Source of the DNA: a virus | Taxonomy: Duplodnaviria > Heunggongvirae > Uroviricota > Caudoviricetes | Virus record (IMG/VR): IMGVR_UViG_3300013902_000267 | Length of the DNA stretch: 64,000 nt | Strand: one strand, 5' to 3' | In this document: positions 60,793-64,000 of the stretch, in pieces | How the letters are laid out: each line of letters starts with the position of its first letter | Position numbering within the stretch: the stretch's first letter is position 1 | Program-made: the position numbers and the translations under genes | Notes under the pieces: generated by a model | Database searches by the model: none | What the model was told of the DNA's origin: nothing | What the model saw: the letters and a program-made list of their open reading frames with translations, nothing else

Positions 60793-61116
60793 TTAATCTT
60801 CATCAAAATTATCATATATTGAAATCTTATTCTTCCTACGTTCTTTCTTAGGTTCTATACAAGGAAAACAATACTCTCCTACATGCTTTATATATCTTTC
60901 ATTCGTATATGTTGGTTCACCTTTAAAATTAAAATTCCGTTGTTCACCATATGCAATATGTTTCTTTTTCTTCCATTTAACAACTTTATCTTTCTGTACT
61001 TCTATATCTTGTAAATCCTTATGTTTATTCTTTACTTTAAATTTTTTATCACATTCTACTACAAAACTAGATGAACCCTTATTTACTTTATGTGTTTGAT
61101 GATAACTTCTTGACAT
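60793..61116 (-). CDS. hypothetical basic protein
   Basis: Track ORF of 107 aa. Confidence 0.5.
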   Translation of the reverse strand: MSRSYHQTHKVNKGSSSFVVECDKKFKVKNKHKDLQDIEVQKDKVVKWKKKKHIAYGEQRNFNFKGEPTYTNERYIKHVGEYCFPCIEPKKERRKNKISIYDNFDED

Positions 61117-61132
61117 AATATAAATTTTTTAT

Positions 61133-61444
61133 TTATAATCTTTCTATATTTATAACTTTATCTGCTAATAATGGTTTTAATGTTTTATTAAACGTGTTTT
61201 CACTTATAGAAATTTTTTTATATCTTAATTTATATTCTCGTGTATTACTTTCAAAAGGATTATTTACTTCATATTTTAATTCAGAAGCAAAATATATTGT
61301 ATAATATATATTTGGTCTAACAGAATCATATGTTCTACTTATATTCTTTTCTATATATACAATGGATTTAATAGGTAAAATTATATTACTACATTTTATA
61401 TATTCTATATTATTTCCTTTACTATGATTTTTAAATTTTATCAT
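61133..61444 (-). CDS. hypothetical protein
   Basis: Track ORF of 103 aa. Confidence 0.5.
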   Translation of the reverse strand: MIKFKNHSKGNNIEYIKCSNIILPIKSIVYIEKNISRTYDSVRPNIYYTIYFASELKYEVNNPFESNTREYKLRYKKISISENTFNKTLKPLLADKVINIERL

Positions 61445-61448
61445 TTTA

Positions 61449-61853
61449 CTAAATATATCTTAAATCATCTGCATAATCGCACATATCTAAAAATTCATTT
61501 TGAAGTTCACTATCTATAATAGTAAATGCTCTGACTTCATCATATGATTTCTTGTCTGGAATAACATCACACCAATCTGCATCCACATCATATACTTTAT
61601 GCGTCGCTGTAGACATAACACGAATCATTGTTTTTTCTTTATATTCTTGTGTATATCCTAACGGTCCATATTCGTTAACTAATACTGTTTTCTTAAATGG
61701 CTTCATAATACATACAAGTCTTGTATTCATTTCATCTTTCTCACATGAATACATTCCTGGTATAAGCAATACTCTTTTACCTGTTGTTACATTTATATTA
61801 TATTCACAGTTACTTCTGAGAAATATCAAATCACCAATATTAAAGCACATCAT
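61449..61853 (-). CDS. hypothetical protein
   Basis: Track ORF of 134 aa, preceded by the promoter/leader cassette. Confidence 0.5.
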   Translation of the reverse strand: MMCFNIGDLIFLRSNCEYNINVTTGKRVLLIPGMYSCEKDEMNTRLVCIMKPFKKTVLVNEYGPLGYTQEYKEKTMIRVMSTATHKVYDVDADWCDVIPDKKSYDEVRAFTIIDSELQNEFLDMCDYADDLRYI

Positions 61854-61898
61854 AATTCTTTATATTTTTAATTGTTTATATTCTTATTTTATTAACAA

Positions 61899-61910
61899 TA
61901 CAAAGATACA
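61899..61910 (-). promoter_or_regulatory. conserved promoter core (gene-sense TGTATCTTTGTA) plus conserved leader
   Basis: 46 nt to start codon 61853. The leader ACAATTAAAAATATAAAGAAT is shared with the 57652 gene. Confidence 0.5.
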
Positions 61911-62091
61911 CATTATTTTTGATATAAAAAAGAAAACATAAAGAAATATCAATTTTTATAGTAAAAACAATTAAAATTCTATAGAAATCTTATTAAATTT
62001 TATAATATTTTTTAAACAAGTATAGATAAGAAAAGTCTACCATGACTTACATCATAATAGACTTATAGTACATCTTTAAAAATAATATCTG

Positions 62092-62187
62092 TGGATATAG
62101 ATGGACTCGAACCACCATGTATCTGCCCTAGAATTATGATACAAACTAACATCATATTAGTCGCGTTTACCATTTCGCCATATATCC
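62092..62187 (-). tRNA. type-II (long variable arm) tRNA, Ser(UGA)-like, with a non-canonical anticodon loop
   Basis: Acceptor GGATATA/TATATCC, Ser-like D arm TGGCGAAATGGTAAACGC, anticodon stem ACTAA/TTAGT with loop TATGATG (A33, U37), a 26-nt variable hairpin TGTATC..GATACA, and T arm GGTGG-TTCGAGT-CCATC. Confidence 0.55.
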
Positions 62188-62193
62188 ATATAG

Positions 62194-62266
62194 CAGGCCT
62201 GATGAGATTCGAACTCACAACAACATGATTAAAATTCGTGTGCTCTACCAATTGAGCTACAGGCCC
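62194..62266 (-). tRNA. tRNA-Lys (anticodon UUU)
   Basis: GGGCCTG acceptor, GCTC-AATTGGTA-GAGC D arm, anticodon loop ATTTTAA, and T arm GTGAG-TTCGAAT-CTCAT. Confidence 0.85.
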
Positions 62267-62322
62267 AAAGTTCTATTTTAAATTTCCACGCAATAGAACT
62301 CCGAAGATTTGTAGATCTGTGT

Positions 62323-62472
62323 TCATGGTACTTAATCTAATGCTTGTTTTTAATACTGACGTGTTAACCTCTTCACCAAATCCCCGATTAAATAATATGT
62401 AATAGAGGGGATTCATGGGTTCGAACCATGGATAATCAGTAAAATCATGATATATCACGAATGACACCATGA
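62323..62472 (-). ncRNA. tRNA-like element with closed acceptor stem and open anticodon stem (YrlA / Y-RNA-like topology)
   Basis: Minus strand reads ACTGA-TTATC-CATGG TTCGAAC CCATG-AATCCCC-(21 nt)-GGGGATT-TG-GTG AAGAGGTTAA CAC-G-TCAGT. The flanks TCATGGT (62466-62472) and ACCATGA (62323-62329) pair 25 nt out on each side. Confidence 0.55.
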
Positions 62473-62682
62473 CAATCTACGTTAACTGTAATACTAAAGC
62501 TCTTGACTCAATGCTAACGCTAAAATCTAGGATTCTGTTTATGCTAAATGTAATCAAGCTAATGCTTTAGTCAATTTACATATGTTATATATGATATTAT
62601 ATTCAAAGTCTATTATTCATATCAAAAATATTTTTAAGAAATAAATATCATAAATGAATCGATAACATTTATTATATAATAT

Positions 62683-63897
62683 ATGAATAAGAATTATAAC
62701 AAACTATATGAAGAAATGATGTCAGATATTTCAGTTATCGTTAAAAAGAAAATAAATGAAGCATATGACAATCAGCTTCTCGAAGAATATGGTGCAAAGG
62801 ATATGTTTAATGATATTATGAAAGAAGCATCAAAAGAAGGTAAAATCTTTTATAAGCATCTTAAATAGTTTATAATTTATATCATCAAAAAATTACAAGA
62901 GACAGATCAATATAAAAAAGCTGAAAAACTTATGAATGCGTATGTTCAGAAAGTACAGAAATATATTGATGAACATAAGAAGATTACTCCGAGACGTATG
63001 TTGAAAATTACTGTTGCTGTATTGACAATGTATGGAGGTGTTTCAATGATACAAGATTGTAAATAGATGATTAAATCTTTATAGGGTAATGTTGAAACTT
63101 ATGAATAGAAAGTAGAAAATGTACCGGATGAAAAGCAACAAGAAGTAATAGTAGAAGAACCTGAAGATTTTGTTGTTGAAGTTAAAGATGAAGCAAAAGA
63201 AAAATTAAGTGTCAAGAAAGTATCTACTGAAGATATTAATAATACACCTGAAAAGAAATTTAAGGAAGACAAGAATTTCAATTTTAAGTCAAGCAACGAG
63301 GCTCGCGAATTTATTAAACATCATGAGTTATGCTTACTTTACCCTTATTACGCAAAACCCGAAGAGGAAGCAAAAGGAATGGTAACTATTGGTTATGGTC
63401 ATGTTGTATTGGAATCAGATGGTGAATTATACAAGAAAGTATAGCAATTAAAAAAGAAAGGCTTAATTAAACAATCATTTGTTACAAAAAATGGTAAAAC
63501 TATTTTAAACCCTAATCATTGTAAAACCATTATAACAAAGACTGACGCAGATAAATTATTTTAGAAAGATATTAAGATTGCTGAATAGCGTGCATATAGA
63601 ACTATACAAAATATGCCTACTGATGATGATAATGTTAAATATTATATGTTATATAATCAAAAAATAAGAGATGGTTTAACATCATTATGTTATAATGCTG
63701 GATAGCTTAAACATGAAAAATATACATTCATAACAAAAGGTCTTGCAAAATCTAGATATGATTATCAAGCATAGAAAATAAATGCAGGTGATTATAATGT
63801 ATCCTTTAAATATTTCAAGAATATTAAAGATAATCCTAACAGAAGAAATGAGGAATATAAGTTATTCTTTATGAACGCAAATAAGTCTATGTCATAA
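62683..63897 (+). CDS. membrane-anchored GH24 (T4-type) lysozyme with long N-terminal extension (9 in-frame TAG)
   Basis: Track ORF 62683-62868 continues in frame through TAGs to TAA 63895-63897. TM helix ITVAVLTMYGGVSMI; HHELCLLYPYY...GMVTIGYGHVV...TKTDADKLF lysozyme motifs. Confidence 0.75.
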
Positions 63898-63922
63898 TAA
63901 AAAATAAATTTTAATTAAATAT

Positions 63923-64000
63923 ATGAAAAAATTATTTGAAGCAAAATAGAAGCCATTAGTTGTTTATAATCCTGCTGATATTTTCATGAAATATAATATG
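63923..64000 (+). CDS. hypothetical protein, 5' partial at window edge (1 in-frame TAG)
   Basis: ATG AAA AAA TTA TTT GAA GCA AAA TAG AAG CCA..., open to the end of the window. Confidence 0.35.

Noticed and set aside
62063-62470. Track ORFs 62063-62251 and 62273-62470 (minus strand)
   Set aside because: Both overlap well-folding tRNA and tRNA-like genes and have no protein-like features, so they are almost certainly spurious.
62323-62472. Circularly permuted tRNA gene (as in some algae) or a two-piece/permuted tmRNA
   Set aside because: There is no anticodon loop that could be reconstituted from the two ends, no encoded CCA, no bulge-helix-bulge motif, and no plausible tag reading frame or pseudoknots. 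The only candidate tag, GCA TTA GAT TAA, is too short and atypical. The YrlA-like tRNA-mimic topology fits better, but this needs a covariance-model test.
1-64000. CRISPR array, integrase/attP, or a transposon-type mobile element
   Set aside because: No regularly spaced repeat-spacer structure was seen; the only multi-copy motif is the promoter cassette. No integrase, recombinase or transposase ORF was recognised, so the tRNA-like fragments were not interpreted as attachment sites.

Overview
This window is AT-rich, gene-dense phage DNA. It most resembles a huge (jumbo or Lak-like) phage of a Bacteroidota host; that host call is inference from the gene content, a TAnnTTTG-type promoter motif, the absence of Shine-Dalgarno sites and a Bacteroidota-like HtpG N-terminus.

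Main results:
- **TAG recoding.** TAG is read as a sense codon, probably Gln. Reading it through fuses many track ORF fragments into intact genes. These include a late virion and cell-wall-hydrolase module (10270-19425) and a membrane-anchored GH24 lysozyme (62683-63897). Isolated TAGs also occur in nrdD, htpG, the replicative helicase, a glycosyltransferase and several homing endonucleases.
- **Mosaic nrdD.** The anaerobic ribonucleotide reductase gene (21490-28901, minus strand) is split into about 6 exons by about 5 group-I-like introns. Four introns carry HNH or GIY-YIG endonuclease ORFs. The gene also contains a 188-aa mini-intein.
- **Other content.**
  - RNA repair: a T4 Pnk-like kinase-phosphatase, two RNA ligases, a Thg1-like enzyme and a HAD phosphatase.
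  - Cofactor and nucleotide metabolism: NAMPT, and a HisG / kinase / RdgB / CoaD / PurC-like cassette.
  - Membrane and stress genes: HtpG, an SPFH protein, TelA-like, CNNM/CorC and two metallophosphatases.
  - Expression and replication: a sigma-70 factor, an S1-like protein and a DnaB-like helicase.
  - RNA genes: tRNA-Gln(CUG), tRNA-Lys(UUU), an aberrant type-II tRNA and a topologically permuted tRNA-like element resembling YrlA-type Y RNA.
  - Regulatory motif: a promoter-plus-leader cassette repeated five times.

Limits: all work was done by eye. Hand-derived coordinates may be off by 1-3 nt and intron boundaries by about 10 nt. Between roughly 10150 and 10440 my reading of the printed sequence disagreed by 1 nt with the ORF track, so I followed the track frames there.
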